Shown here: positions 33,955 through 44,531 of the stretch, in pieces
Layout: each line of letters begins with the position of its first letter
How positions within the stretch are numbered: position 1 is the first letter of the stretch
IMG/VR virus record: IMGVR_UViG_3300034127_000005
Coordinates: 1-64,000 of that record
Strand: one strand, 5' to 3'
Source of the DNA: a virus
Lineage: Duplodnaviria > Caudoviricetes
DNA length: 64,000 nucleotides
Made by a program: the position numbers and the translations under genes
The notes under the pieces: model-generated
Told to the model about the DNA's origin: nothing
Seen by the model: the letters and a program-made list of their open reading frames with translations, nothing else
Database searches by the model: none

Positions 33955-34179
33955 ATGGCTACTACTGCACAAAAAGTAACACTGGTATCTCAATTGGGAT
34001 TGCTGGAAGGTATCAAGGCTGGCTTGCTAGATGGAACAGCTTCTGCTGCTTCTGTAGCGGCTATCGCTGCTCTGACAACTGTTACAACTCCAGATGGCAG
34101 TGATCCTGCAACGACTCAGACTCTGGCTAACGCCTTGAAAGTTAAAGTCAATGCCATCATTGCTGCACTGAAAGCTTAA
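33955..34179 (+). CDS. small virion protein (head-fibre-like)
   Basis: C-terminal LANALKVKVNAIIAALKA helix. Confidence 0.6.
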   Translation: MATTAQKVTLVSQLGLLEGIKAGLLDGTASAASVAAIAALTTVTTPDGSDPATTQTLANALKVKVNAIIAALKA

Positions 34180-34237
34180 AACTTGTTGACTCAACCCTTT
34201 AAATATGAAATACTTTATGGTTTTTCTATCTAAGGGG

Positions 34238-34265
34238 TTGACAACTACTAATTCCAATGTAGAAT
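34238..34265 (+). promoter_or_regulatory. sigma70 promoter of the terminase/structural operon
   Basis: TTGACA-16-TAGAAT. Confidence 0.75.
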
Positions 34266-34338
34266 GATCATATAGAGCAAGGCATAATCCTTGCATTCAT
34301 TCTTCAGGCTGCAATAGCCTACAACTTCAGGAGGCACG

Positions 34339-35823
34339 ATGGTAATCAAACCAAAAGAATATCCAGTATTCGATTTGAATCCAAACATCATCGGACCTAA
34401 ATCCCCAAAGCAATATGAGTTCATGCACACTGATGCAAACATCACCGTCTTTGGTGGTGCTGCTGGTGCTGGTAAATCTTATCTTGGTGTAATGGACTTC
34501 CTGAAGCACGTAAAACTTCCAAACTTCCGTGGTGTAATGGTTCGCCGTTCTACTCCACAGTTGAAAGGTCCGGGTGGCCTTCTTGAGAAAGCTCAAGCCT
34601 TGTTTGAACTTGTTGACCCTAAAGTACGTTGGCGTGACAAGCAGGACCACTTCCTGTTTAGTTCTGGTGCCAAAGTATTCTTGCGTCACTTCCAAGACCT
34701 CAAAGCAAAGGACGACTTCCAAGGTTGGGAAGTAAACAAATTCCTTATCGACGAAGGACAACAGTTCGAAGAAGCGATGGTCATTTACTTGATGTCGCGT
34801 ATGCGTAACCCTAGTTGCCCTGAAGTTGCACCTCACATGAAGATCACATGTAACCCTGACTATGATAGCTTCTTGCGTCATTGGTTGGATTGGTGGCTTG
34901 ATCCTGACACTGGAATCCCTATTCCAGAGCGTGATGGTGTCACTCGTTGGTTTGTTCGTCTTGATGATAAGATGTGTTGGGCAAGTAGTTGGCGTGAAGC
35001 TATCGACTTGTACGGTAATCCAAATCTATCAGACGACCACAAGAAACAAGTTAAGCCACTGAGCTTCAAGTTCATTTCGGCAAACGTATATGATAACCCA
35101 ATCCTTTGTGAAATCGATCCGAACTATGTAGCTATGCTAGAAGGTTTGGGACGTGTTGAAAAGGCTCGACTGCTTCACGGTAGTTGGCTGGCCCGAGCTG
35201 AAGGCTCTGGTTACTTCAAAGAAGAATGGGTAAACATGGTTCCACATCCTGCACTGAAAGCTGTTAAGCGTGTTCGTGCATGGGATATCTCAGGAACTAT
35301 GCCTTCCGATACAAATCCTAATCCTGACTGGACTGCTGGAGTTCTCATGAGTAAGACTCGTGAAGGACGTTATACAGTAGAAGACGTAGTTAGGGATAGA
35401 CGCCGCCACGGTGGTGTTCTTGATATGATTCTAGAAACTGCAAGACAAGATGGAGATGATGTAACAATCATTATCCCTTGTGACCCAGGTGCTGCTGGTA
35501 AAGCTTATGCTGCTAGTCTGATCCGTGACATTGCAGATGCTGGATATTATGCCAAGATGAAAGCAACTAACAAATCCAAAGTTACACGATTCGCACCGTT
35601 TGCTGCTGTTGCAGAAGCTGGTGGTATTGATGTTGTAACTGCTGAATGGAACGCAGACTACTTTATGGAGCTTACAAGGTTTGATGGTAGTCGGAATATT
35701 AAAGACGACATGGTTGACGGAACGTCTGACTCATTCCACGCACTCTCCACAGATATTCATATCCCTGACTTCATCGTTCCAGAAATGGTTCAAGTGAATC
35801 CTTTCAGGGTCTACAATACATAA
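34339..35823 (+). CDS. terL: terminase large subunit
   Basis: GGAAGAGKS, IDEG, TCNP, RAWD, DDMVD. Confidence 0.95.
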   Translation: MVIKPKEYPVFDLNPNIIGPKSPKQYEFMHTDANITVFGGAAGAGKSYLGVMDFLKHVKLPNFRGVMVRRSTPQLKGPGGLLEKAQALFELVDPKVRWRDKQDHFLFSSGAKVFLRHFQDLKAKDDFQGWEVNKFLIDEGQQFEEAMVIYLMSRMRNPSCPEVAPHMKITCNPDYDSFLRHWLDWWLDPDTGIPIPERDGVTRWFVRLDDKMCWASSWREAIDLYGNPNLSDDHKKQVKPLSFKFISANVYDNPILCEIDPNYVAMLEGLGRVEKARLLHGSWLARAEGSGYFKEEWVNMVPHPALKAVKRVRAWDISGTMPSDTNPNPDWTAGVLMSKTREGRYTVEDVVRDRRRHGGVLDMILETARQDGDDVTIIIPCDPGAAGKAYAASLIRDIADAGYYAKMKATNKSKVTRFAPFAAVAEAGGIDVVTAEWNADYFMELTRFDGSRNIKDDMVDGTSDSFHALSTDIHIPDFIVPEMVQVNPFRVYNT

Positions 35824-35832
35824 GGCGAGGTT

Positions 35833-37284
35833 ATGACTGAACTAATTGAAAAAGCAGAAACTCCTTTGCCTCGTTTGCGTCTTGGTGAAATGGGTACAAC
35901 TGGCCTTAAGATGGCTGGTGGTCGCATTAACGAAGAAGCTCGCAGAGAACTACGGTTCCCTGAAGCTTGCAAGACTTTCCGAACGATGGCTTCGGATGTA
36001 ACAATCGCTGCTGCTCTCTCTCTGTTCAAGATGATGATCAGCCGCGTTGAATGGGATGTTGACTTGGGTGCTGAACCAGATGCTGCCATGAAAGCTCGTG
36101 GACAGTTTCTGACAGAATGTCTTGATGACATGGAGCACACATGGCGATCCTTCATTCAAGAATCTACATCTGCACTGACATACGGCTTCTCTGTTCATGA
36201 GAAAGTCTACCGCCGTCGTGATCCATCGACAGGCTCTAAATACAGTGATGGTAAGATTGGCATCAAGAAGCTCCCTATTCGCTCACAGGACACGATCTAC
36301 AAGTGGCTGTACAGTGAGGACGGTCGTAACCTTCTAGGCGTCCAGCAAAGCCTCACGATGATTCAAGGGGCAGAACGCTACCTGAATCTGAATGCACTAA
36401 CAAGCACAGGCATGATTGACATTCCTCGTAAGAAGTTCCTGCTGGTCCGTGTGGACGCTGAACGTGACAACCCGGAAGGCAACTCACCACTTCGTGCTGC
36501 ATATTACGCTTGGAAGTATCGCTGCCTGATTGAAGAGCAAGAATCGATTGGTGTTAGCCGAGACATGGTTGGTATGCCAACTTTGTACTTGCCTCCACGT
36601 TATATGTCTGCGGATGCAAGTCCAGCAGAAGCCAAGATTTATCAATACTACCAGAACGTCATCCGAAACATTCAGATGAACGAACAAGCTGGTTTAATCC
36701 TGCCACAACAATTTGACCCTGAAAGCCGACAGCCATTGTTCAAGTTTGAACTGACTTCGACACAGGGTGCCAAGATGTACGATACAGACGCAATCATCAA
36801 ACGTTGGGATAACAAAATCCTAACTGCATTGTTTGCTGACGTACTGAAACTTGGACAAGATAGTGTTGGTAGTTTCTCCCTTGCTGGTGCAAAAACAAAC
36901 ATTATGGCAATGGCGATTGAAGCACGTCTTCAAGAAATCGCTGATGTTGTTAACAAAGACCTTATCCCGCAACTGTTCGCATTGAATGGTGAAGCCGCTG
37001 ATGCCAAGCTACCTAAGCTTTGCTATGGTGATCTGGATGAAGTTGACCTTGATGAATTCTCCAAAGCAATCCAACGTATGGGTTCTGTTGGTGCTCTTGA
37101 ACTTGACCGTCCTATGGCGAACAAGATTCGTAAAGCTCTTAAAGTTCCTGTCAAACCTGATGATGCTCCGATTGATAAAGAAGAGATTATGGGTGGTGAG
37201 TCTCAAGCTGGTCTAGCCGGTGTTGGGAATGGTGCTTCGAAGAAAGTCTCAGGTAAAGACAACGCTGCTGCCAACAACGCATAA
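35833..37284 (+). CDS. portal protein
   Basis: follows terL; YGFSVHEKVY, NPEGNSPLR, GSFSL. Confidence 0.9.
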   Translation: MTELIEKAETPLPRLRLGEMGTTGLKMAGGRINEEARRELRFPEACKTFRTMASDVTIAAALSLFKMMISRVEWDVDLGAEPDAAMKARGQFLTECLDDMEHTWRSFIQESTSALTYGFSVHEKVYRRRDPSTGSKYSDGKIGIKKLPIRSQDTIYKWLYSEDGRNLLGVQQSLTMIQGAERYLNLNALTSTGMIDIPRKKFLLVRVDAERDNPEGNSPLRAAYYAWKYRCLIEEQESIGVSRDMVGMPTLYLPPRYMSADASPAEAKIYQYYQNVIRNIQMNEQAGLILPQQFDPESRQPLFKFELTSTQGAKMYDTDAIIKRWDNKILTALFADVLKLGQDSVGSFSLAGAKTNIMAMAIEARLQEIADVVNKDLIPQLFALNGEAADAKLPKLCYGDLDEVDLDEFSKAIQRMGSVGALELDRPMANKIRKALKVPVKPDDAPIDKEEIMGGESQAGLAGVGNGASKKVSGKDNAAANNA

Positions 37285-37293
37285 GGAACTAAC

Positions 37294-37749
37294 ATGGCTA
37301 CATTAATCGAAGACATTCAAAATGTTATCATGAAACACTTCGGAGGAACTAATGTTCCGGCTGTTGTGAATCTTGAAGTTACTAAAGCTCTGGATGAAGA
37401 AGACCGCAAGGCTCTATTCGTCGTTCTCGCTCCTGACGTTGTTGACCTTCACGGTGATACATATACAGCAGTTGAAGTTGAGAAAGCTTGTGACAACTAC
37501 AACGCACATTGTAACGTGGCTTACCTCTTCCACCAAGTAGAGACTGAAGAAGCAACAGCCATTCAGTCCTTTATTTCCCCGGCTGATTTCACACTGGACA
37601 ACGGTGTACAGATCACTAAAGGGACATGGCTACAGTGGTGGCACTTCCCTGAAACGGAAGTTGGTGAAGCCCTCTGGCAAGGTGTTAAATCTGGCGACAT
37701 TAACGGTGTCTCTATTGGTGCTATGGCGAATGTCGAGGAACTAGAATGA
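37294..37749 (+). CDS. XkdF-like prohead protease
   Basis: PD.VDLHGD, H, KGTWL, G.INGVSIG. Confidence 0.82.
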   Translation: MATLIEDIQNVIMKHFGGTNVPAVVNLEVTKALDEEDRKALFVVLAPDVVDLHGDTYTAVEVEKACDNYNAHCNVAYLFHQVETEEATAIQSFISPADFTLDNGVQITKGTWLQWWHFPETEVGEALWQGVKSGDINGVSIGAMANVEELE

Positions 37750-38660
37750 CTATTGCAAAACGTCGCTTGACTGATATCAAGTTTGAACACGATGGGGCAC
37801 ACGTTGCCCTTGTCGGTAAACATCAAGGTGGTCCCGCTAACGGAATCACCACACTGATTACCAAAGCAACAAATAACATTACACAAGAACAAATCGAGAA
37901 AGCCTCGACTGTTAATGTGACAATGCAATTCCCTGAGTTCCTTCGTAAGTTCTTCGGAATGTACTGGGACGATGCAGAAGTCCTTTCTGCTGTTATGGGT
38001 TATGGCCGTACAGAGTATCCTGATTCTACGGAGAAGGATTACATTGATTCTCGTGTTGAGTCCATCAACATTATGAAGTCTGTGTACCGTGCCCAAGACG
38101 TGGAGAAGGCTCTCGCAGCTCTAACTCCAGAACAACATCTGGCCCTTATGGCTGACCAAGAAATGCTGGAGAAAGCATTTGCTGATCTTCCAGAACAACC
38201 AATCAAACAAGAGGAAACTCAAATGGAAACAATTTTGAAGGCTGCTCACGAAGAAGCCGTTATCGCTGCTGTAGCAATTGAAAAAGCTGCAAGTGCTGCT
38301 GCTGTTGCTGAAATCCAAAAAGCTCTAGTTGCTCAAGAAGAAGTTCTGAAAGCCGCTCAAGCTGAAGTAGTCGCATTCAAAGCTGCTGAAGTAGCTCGCG
38401 TGCAAGAAGTTCGTAAATCTGCATTGGCTGCTGTTCTGCCAAGCGAACAAGTTGAAAGTGTCCTGAAGGCTCTTGAAGCTGTTGCAGACGAAGCATTCCA
38501 AGCCGTAGTTGCTGGCTACGCTGTACAGAAGGCTGCTGTTGATAACTCTGACCTGATGGTTGAGACTGGTATCAATGGAGCTGGTGAAGCCGATCCTGTG
38601 GAACGTGACTTGACCGCTGAAATCCTGAAAGCTAAGTACGCCCCTAAAGCTGCTAAGTAA
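37746..38660 (+). CDS. scaffolding protein
   Basis: HVALV...GGPANG N-terminus; Ala/Glu-rich coiled coil. Confidence 0.72.
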   Translation: MTIAKRRLTDIKFEHDGAHVALVGKHQGGPANGITTLITKATNNITQEQIEKASTVNVTMQFPEFLRKFFGMYWDDAEVLSAVMGYGRTEYPDSTEKDYIDSRVESINIMKSVYRAQDVEKALAALTPEQHLALMADQEMLEKAFADLPEQPIKQEETQMETILKAAHEEAVIAAVAIEKAASAAAVAEIQKALVAQEEVLKAAQAEVVAFKAAEVARVQEVRKSALAAVLPSEQVESVLKALEAVADEAFQAVVAGYAVQKAAVDNSDLMVETGINGAGEADPVERDLTAEILKAKYAPKAAK

Positions 38661-38692
38661 TCTAACCCCAATTCTTATTAGGAGAAACACAA

Positions 38693-39076
38693 ATGGCAAC
38701 TTACGCCTCTGATGTACAACGTCTAAGCAACTGGCTGAAATATGAAGAAGAAGCTGGTTCGGGCACAACTCGCGAAGTTCTCGCTAAGTCTGCAACTAAC
38801 GCCACATTGACTGGTTCTGTCCTCGACAGCACAGGCCAATTGGTTGTTGCTGCTACCCTAGCTGACGCAACTTACATTCTGATTGACGACTTGACTCGCC
38901 CTGCTGCTGCTGAATACACGAAAGTGTTGGTTCTGGCTCGTGGTAAAGCCAAGGTTGGTAAACGTGCTCTGATCTTCGGTAGCGACGTTACAACAGATTT
39001 GCAGAAGGCTACAGCTTTCACCAAGCTGGCTACTCTACAAATCTTCGCTGTCGATCAAATCGACGTTTCCATCTAA
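38693..39076 (+). CDS. head decoration protein
   Basis: position before MCP; VLARG motif. Confidence 0.75.
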   Translation: MATYASDVQRLSNWLKYEEEAGSGTTREVLAKSATNATLTGSVLDSTGQLVVAATLADATYILIDDLTRPAAAEYTKVLVLARGKAKVGKRALIFGSDVTTDLQKATAFTKLATLQIFAVDQIDVSI

Positions 39077-39096
39077 TCCCACTTAGGAGAACACTA

Positions 39097-40149
39097 ATGT
39101 CTCAAGTACAAATCGCCAAGGCTGCTGTTCGTAGCTTTGCTGGCAACAACTACGAGTACACCGATCTTACTCAAAACCTGTTGATCATCCCTAACGTATG
39201 GTCGCTGGCTGAACAAATCGGTCTGTTCGGGAAAGAAACCACTAACCAAGAAACAATCACTCTAGAAGAAATCACAACTGGTTTCGGAGTTGTTGCTGAC
39301 CAACACCGTGGCGCTCGACACACTGTAAGCATGGACCACACACGCCGCATGCACGCATTTGCGTTGCCTCACTTCACCCTTGACGACGCTATCACCCCGC
39401 GTGATATCCAAGGTAAGCGTGCATTCGGTGTTGACGCACTGGAAACTGTAGCTGCTGTACGTGCTCGCAAATTGGAAACAATTCGTCAGAGCTGGGCTGC
39501 TACAATGGAAAAAGCTCACTGGCACACTATCGTAACTGGTACTGCCTACGCTCCAAACGCAACTGTTGCATACGACTGGTACACTCAGTTCGGTGCAGTA
39601 CGTAAAGTGGTTGACTTCCAACTGAACACAAGCACTACTGACCTGATCCAAAAGACAGAAGAAGTATTTGCTCACATCCAAGACAACGCTCTGGATGGTT
39701 CTGTTCGTGGTGAAATCTTCGCTGTTGCTTCTCCTGAGTTCTTCAACAAACTCATCGGGCACCCAACAATGAAGGCTCTGTGGCTGGCTTACCAACAGTC
39801 TCCACAAATCCTGCGTGATCGCCTGTCCGCTCGCGGATACGACGCTCGCTACCGCGAATTCACAATCGGTAACATCACCTACGTGGAATACCGTGGTGTT
39901 GGTCCAGATGGTGTTCGTTACATCCCAGCAGGTGACGCTTACTTCATGCCTTCGGACATGGGTGATAACTTCACTACCTACTTCGGTCCAGCGGATCACT
40001 TCGACTTTGTTAACACTCAAGGTCAAGAAATGTACGCGTTTGAATACGGCGACAACCGTGGTCAGATGATCGAAATCCAAACCGAATCCAACTTCATCGA
40101 CGTTCTGCGTCGTCCACAGTTGATCGTTCGCGGTACTGTAGGTGCCTAA
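39097..40149 (+). CDS. major capsid protein
   Basis: highly biased codons; RRPQLIV C-terminus; terminator follows. Confidence 0.92.
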   Translation: MSQVQIAKAAVRSFAGNNYEYTDLTQNLLIIPNVWSLAEQIGLFGKETTNQETITLEEITTGFGVVADQHRGARHTVSMDHTRRMHAFALPHFTLDDAITPRDIQGKRAFGVDALETVAAVRARKLETIRQSWAATMEKAHWHTIVTGTAYAPNATVAYDWYTQFGAVRKVVDFQLNTSTTDLIQKTEEVFAHIQDNALDGSVRGEIFAVASPEFFNKLIGHPTMKALWLAYQQSPQILRDRLSARGYDARYREFTIGNITYVEYRGVGPDGVRYIPAGDAYFMPSDMGDNFTTYFGPADHFDFVNTQGQEMYAFEYGDNRGQMIEIQTESNFIDVLRRPQLIVRGTVGA

Positions 40150-40155
40150 TTGACT

Positions 40156-40183
40156 GGGGGCCACGAAAGTGGCTCCCTTTCTT
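40156..40183 (+). terminator. terminator after MCP
   Basis: GGGGGCCAC-GAAA-GTGGCTCCC-TTTCTTT. Confidence 0.85.
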
Positions 40184-40203
40184 TGTTTTATCTGGAGGTA
40201 ATT

Positions 40204-40695
40204 ATGCCATACACAGGAAGTCCATCTACTAACGCAATCGATAGAATCCGCCTAGCAGTTGGTGACATCTGGGATGACATTGAAATGCTTACAGATGCTG
40301 ACTATCAATACTTCATTGATCGTAATGATGGTAATGAGAACAGAGCTACAATGGATGCCATCAAGGCTATCCTTTTCAAACTAGCACGTATGACTCGTGA
40401 ACGCACAGGCGACATTGAAGTTTACGGTAGTGAGTGGTTTTCCAATTACTACAAGATGCTACTACTTCTTCTGAAAGACCCCAATGCTTCGATCAGCCTC
40501 GCTGTTCCTTATGCTGGTGGTATTTCCAAAACGGACATGTTCCTTAACGACGCAAACTGTGACAACGTTGTCCGAGAGATTAATCTTGGATACTCGCAGT
40601 CTCGCCGTTTGTATGATTCTACATATCCAAGCAGTGGCCCTCATAACGGTGGCGACTTCTACGTAGGAAATCATATCTATGGGCTTTTCCCTTAA
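40204..40695 (+). CDS. head-tail adaptor
   Basis: DRIRLAVGD, PYAGGIS; GGAGG RBS. Confidence 0.78.
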   Translation: MPYTGSPSTNAIDRIRLAVGDIWDDIEMLTDADYQYFIDRNDGNENRATMDAIKAILFKLARMTRERTGDIEVYGSEWFSNYYKMLLLLLKDPNASISLAVPYAGGISKTDMFLNDANCDNVVREINLGYSQSRRLYDSTYPSSGPHNGGDFYVGNHIYGLFP

Positions 40696-41152
40696 AGTTG
40701 AGACAAAGAGATTAGACTCTTTGATCCGACGCACAAAAGAAATCGACAACACTGAAATTGAAGTAGGCTTCTGGGACGATAGATACGGTCCTGAGAATGA
40801 TAATCTCCCTGTAGCACAGGTAGCTGCTTACAACAACTTCGGAACATCTTTCAACCCCACAAGGCCGTTCATGGACGATACGTTCGAGGACATGATGTAC
40901 CAAACGTACATGGCCCGTGAGGTTAAACATATCTTCACTTCCGTGCTAACCAATGGACGATCCACACAAAGACTCTTGAGAGGACTTGGTAAGAGGATCA
41001 AAGAATTGATGCAGCTCACTATTCTCGAATACGCTGCGGATGGCGGTAACAGCCAGAAAACCATTGAGAAGAAAGGAAGAGATAGTCCACTTATTGATAC
41101 TGGCAAGATGCTCGAATCTGTCAGATTCATTATCCGTAAAGGAGAAATGTGA
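40679..41152 (+). CDS. neck/tail completion protein
   Basis: VG, N.FG, RPFM, PLIDTG.M. Confidence 0.78.
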   Translation: MGFSLKVETKRLDSLIRRTKEIDNTEIEVGFWDDRYGPENDNLPVAQVAAYNNFGTSFNPTRPFMDDTFEDMMYQTYMAREVKHIFTSVLTNGRSTQRLLRGLGKRIKELMQLTILEYAADGGNSQKTIEKKGRDSPLIDTGKMLESVRFIIRKGEM

Positions 41153-41526
41153 TGCTTTATCCACCACTCCTAGCGACTGGTCAAGTTACCCTCGACGTTA
41201 CACGTCGGGAGGCTCCTACTATCGACAGAGGCCGTCCGGTTCCCGGTGCTGAGTCTGTTGTTCCTGTTGTATGCAACGTACAACCAGTGTTGAAATCTTC
41301 CGACACTATCATGCTACCTGAAGCTGATCGATCTAAAGCCTGCCTTAAAGTTTATACCAAGGGCAGTGAAATGAAAGCTTTGAAAGAAGCTGGACCGGGA
41401 TGGGCAGCGGATAGATTTACATGGCAAGGGGATCTATATGAAGTCATGAGGGTCATTAACTATGCAATGGGCGTGTTGAACCACTACAAAGCAATCTGCA
41501 TGCGAGTGGAGTTGACAAGACCATGA
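41149..41526 (+). CDS. head closure protein
   Basis: NVQP, LPEADR, HYKA. Confidence 0.75.
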   Translation: MMLYPPLLATGQVTLDVTRREAPTIDRGRPVPGAESVVPVVCNVQPVLKSSDTIMLPEADRSKACLKVYTKGSEMKALKEAGPGWAADRFTWQGDLYEVMRVINYAMGVLNHYKAICMRVELTRP

Positions 41527-42098
41527 ACATTTATAAAGACCTTGAAGACAGCCTCTACAATGTAATCATCGAGCTGTTCCCTACAAGCAGAATCATCTTC
41601 GCTTACAACAACATTCCAGAGCCTCAGACTCCGTATATCGTGATTGATGTTAAGCGGCTTGACCAGCTTGGGAGTGAATACAGTTCCACCTTCGTGGACA
41701 TAGCCTCTGACGATGCACAGACGCCTACAACCTACATGAGCATCGATATGATGGCTAAGGTTAGGTTCGAGGTTGTAGGGCTCATGGACAACGACACAGC
41801 GGCTGCTGAGCTTGCTCAGAACATCCAACTTGCACTACGAACTGCCCGTGGGTATGAGAGTCAAGCAAGAAACAATCTGGCCCGTCACGGACAGATCACA
41901 AATCGCCGTATGCCTTATCGTAAGGACACGGACATGTACATGCTCTACCAAGTGGATGCAAACTTCGCATACACAGCAACTTCTCAAGATGGACAAGATT
42001 ACATCCTCACAACAGACTTCAATGGCGTCTACCACGATGCTAACCGTCCTCCTGATTATGTCCTTGAGTCTCATGTTGAAATTAACCCAAATCCATAA
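41523..42098 (+). CDS. tail terminator/completion protein
   Basis: position before sheath; P..PYI. Confidence 0.7.
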   Translation: MNIYKDLEDSLYNVIIELFPTSRIIFAYNNIPEPQTPYIVIDVKRLDQLGSEYSSTFVDIASDDAQTPTTYMSIDMMAKVRFEVVGLMDNDTAAAELAQNIQLALRTARGYESQARNNLARHGQITNRRMPYRKDTDMYMLYQVDANFAYTATSQDGQDYILTTDFNGVYHDANRPPDYVLESHVEINPNP

Positions 42099-42109
42099 GA
42101 GGAACTGAA

Positions 42110-43396
42110 ATGACACGTCTAACCGACATCATCGAAATTCAGATCAGCCGTGAAACATCTGCGGTTGCTCAAACGAACTTCAACGTACCAGCCTTTATCT
42201 CTGCCCACACAAACTTCACCGAGCGTGCTCGTGTATATAGTTCGCTGTTGGCAGTATCTGATGACTTCGCAAGCACAGACACTGCATACATTGCAGCTTC
42301 TAAGTTCTTCGGTCAGGCGATTAAGCCAGCAAACATCGTAATCGGTCGTCGTCAGATTCCCGGTGCAACTGTTAACGTTTTGACGGTAGCAGTAAGTACA
42401 CCTTACACACTGACAGTAAATGGTGTGACAGTTACTTACGTATCTCAAGCATTGGACACAGCAATCCTAATTGCTGCTGGACTCAAGACAGCCTACGAAG
42501 TTACTCCAATTCCCGGCGTTGTTCTCGTGGACAACCTTGATGGTACTTTGACATTTACATCTACTGTAGATTGGTCTTTGAAAGTATCTGCCAACCTGAA
42601 CAAAGCTAACGCTCCAGCAACTGAAACTTGGTCTACCTCGGTATCCGAAGTTCAGGACGAAAACGACACTTGGTATGCTCTGACTATCGAATCCCACAAC
42701 GAACTGGATGTATTGGAAGTTGCTGGTGTAATCGAAGCCAAGAAGAAAATCTTCGGTACTTCTTCTGCTACTGCTGCAATCAAGACAACTGGGGATACTG
42801 ACGTATTCGCTAAGTTGCAAGCACTTGGATACCAACGTACCTTCGGTCTGTTCTCTGCGACTGCTGATACAGAATTCCCAGAATGTGCTTGGATTGGATA
42901 CCAGCTACAAGAACAACCGGGTTCCAACACATGGGCTTACAAAGCTCTCTCTGGTGTTACAGTTTCTAAACTGTCGGACACTGAAGCTACTAACATCAAA
43001 GCCAAGGCAGGAAACACCTACGAATCTGTAGGCGGGCAATCCGTTACTGTCGGTGGTAAGATGTTCGGTGGAGAATGGATCGACGTAATGGTCTTCGTAG
43101 ACTGGCTGGAAGCACGTATGACAGAACGTCTGTGGTTCCGTATGGCGAACAGCAAGAAAATCCCTTACACCGCTGCGGGTGCAACTATCATCGAATCCGA
43201 AATCAGAGCCCAGCTCAATGACGGTATTCGTGTTGGTGGTTTGTCTGATAGCCCAAGCCCAGTAGTTCGAGTTCCAGACGTACTGTCTATTGCTCCTAAC
43301 CTGCGTGCTCAACGTATCTTCGAAGGAATTGAATTCGAAGCTCGCCTAGCCGGTGCTATTCACTTCGTTAAAATCCGTGGAACTGTTACCGTTTAA
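42110..43396 (+). CDS. tail sheath protein (DUF3383-like)
   Basis: PGSNTWAYKAL.GV, WIDV...DWL, KIPYT..G, LAGAIH.V.I.G. Confidence 0.92.
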   Translation: MTRLTDIIEIQISRETSAVAQTNFNVPAFISAHTNFTERARVYSSLLAVSDDFASTDTAYIAASKFFGQAIKPANIVIGRRQIPGATVNVLTVAVSTPYTLTVNGVTVTYVSQALDTAILIAAGLKTAYEVTPIPGVVLVDNLDGTLTFTSTVDWSLKVSANLNKANAPATETWSTSVSEVQDENDTWYALTIESHNELDVLEVAGVIEAKKKIFGTSSATAAIKTTGDTDVFAKLQALGYQRTFGLFSATADTEFPECAWIGYQLQEQPGSNTWAYKALSGVTVSKLSDTEATNIKAKAGNTYESVGGQSVTVGGKMFGGEWIDVMVFVDWLEARMTERLWFRMANSKKIPYTAAGATIIESEIRAQLNDGIRVGGLSDSPSPVVRVPDVLSIAPNLRAQRIFEGIEFEARLAGAIHFVKIRGTVTV

Positions 43397-43427
43397 TTAC
43401 GGTGCAGTCCCCTACAAGGAGACTTAA

Positions 43428-43952
43428 ATGGCTACTCAACGCGCCTCTACATACGCACCGAACCAAGTAACCGTAGTTATCACACAAGATAGCAGCGGTA
43501 TTGCTCACGTCGTATCCGGCTACTCTGAAGATAGCATCGTTTCTATCGAACGTTCTGCTGAAACCTTCACAATGTACACTGGTGCCGATAACACCATGAC
43601 TCGTATCTACAACGCTAACACATCTGCTATGATCACACTGAGTCTGCAACAAACTTCTGCATCGAACGACATCCTGTCCTTGCTGTACCAAAACGATGCA
43701 GCTAGTCTGACTTCGGACACAATGTTCTCGCTACAGATCAAAGACAACAGTGGTCGCTCGAATTACTTCAGTGATAACGCTTACGTTGGAGTTGTTCCTA
43801 ACTCTGCGTTCAGCAACAGCATGAACACTCGTGATTGGGTTATCCATGCAGCAGACCTTCAAACCTACATTGGCGGTAACGCTAAAGTGGTCCCAGCAGA
43901 TCAAGATACCATCCAGACACTTGGTGGAAATCTAGACGCTCGTTGGCTGTAA
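43428..43952 (+). CDS. tail tube protein
   Basis: TYAP.QV, GADN, LQQTS.SNDIL. Confidence 0.85.
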   Translation: MATQRASTYAPNQVTVVITQDSSGIAHVVSGYSEDSIVSIERSAETFTMYTGADNTMTRIYNANTSAMITLSLQQTSASNDILSLLYQNDAASLTSDTMFSLQIKDNSGRSNYFSDNAYVGVVPNSAFSNSMNTRDWVIHAADLQTYIGGNAKVVPADQDTIQTLGGNLDARWL

Positions 43953-43963
43953 TCTACATCGAC

Positions 43964-43995
43964 GGGGCTTCCATCTAACGGTGGGAGCCCTTTTT
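43964..43995 (+). terminator. terminator after tube gene
   Basis: GGGGCTTCCA..TGGGAGCCC-TTTTT. Confidence 0.8.
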
Positions 43996-44015
43996 CGTTT
44001 CTATAGGAGAACAAT

Positions 44016-44519
44016 ATGGCTGTCGCACTCTATTCCCCGCAAGACGTATTCATTTCGCTAGCGGGCTTGCACACAATCTCTGGATACGCAGACGGTACAT
44101 TCGTTCGCATTACAAAGGACATGAAACCATTTTCCAAGGTGAGAGCAATGGATGGAGAAATGGCCCGTATGTATAACGAAGACGAAGGATTCAGAGTTGA
44201 AGTTACAATCGCTCAATCGTCTAGCAGTAACAACATTCTGTCGTCCATCTATAACGTGGACGCTGCAACACAGATGGGTAAATTCCCACTACTAATCAAA
44301 GATACCAAGGGACAGACAAGCTTCTTTGCTTCTACTGCTTGGATCGAACAAATTCCTGAAGTCACTTTCTCCAATCAGCTTGAGACGCGTACATGGACAT
44401 TCGGTTGTTCTGGTGCTGCGATCACGATTGGTGGTAATGGTGATACAAGCTTGCTCGAAGATGCACTCCTACTTGGGTCTGCGGGCTTGAGCGTTCTAAA
44501 ACAATTCGGTGTCTTTTAA
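44016..44519 (+). CDS. tail tube-like protein 2
   Basis: paralogous to tube (YSPQDV, QSSSSNNIL). Confidence 0.78.
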   Translation: MAVALYSPQDVFISLAGLHTISGYADGTFVRITKDMKPFSKVRAMDGEMARMYNEDEGFRVEVTIAQSSSSNNILSSIYNVDAATQMGKFPLLIKDTKGQTSFFASTAWIEQIPEVTFSNQLETRTWTFGCSGAAITIGGNGDTSLLEDALLLGSAGLSVLKQFGVF

Positions 44520-44531
44520 GGAGGATAATAT

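Noticed and set aside
39262-40164. 300-aa antisense ORF, and similar ones at 14144-14905, 22910-23860 and 62431-63174
   Set aside because: Shadow ORFs caused by codon bias of the real gene on the opposite strand.
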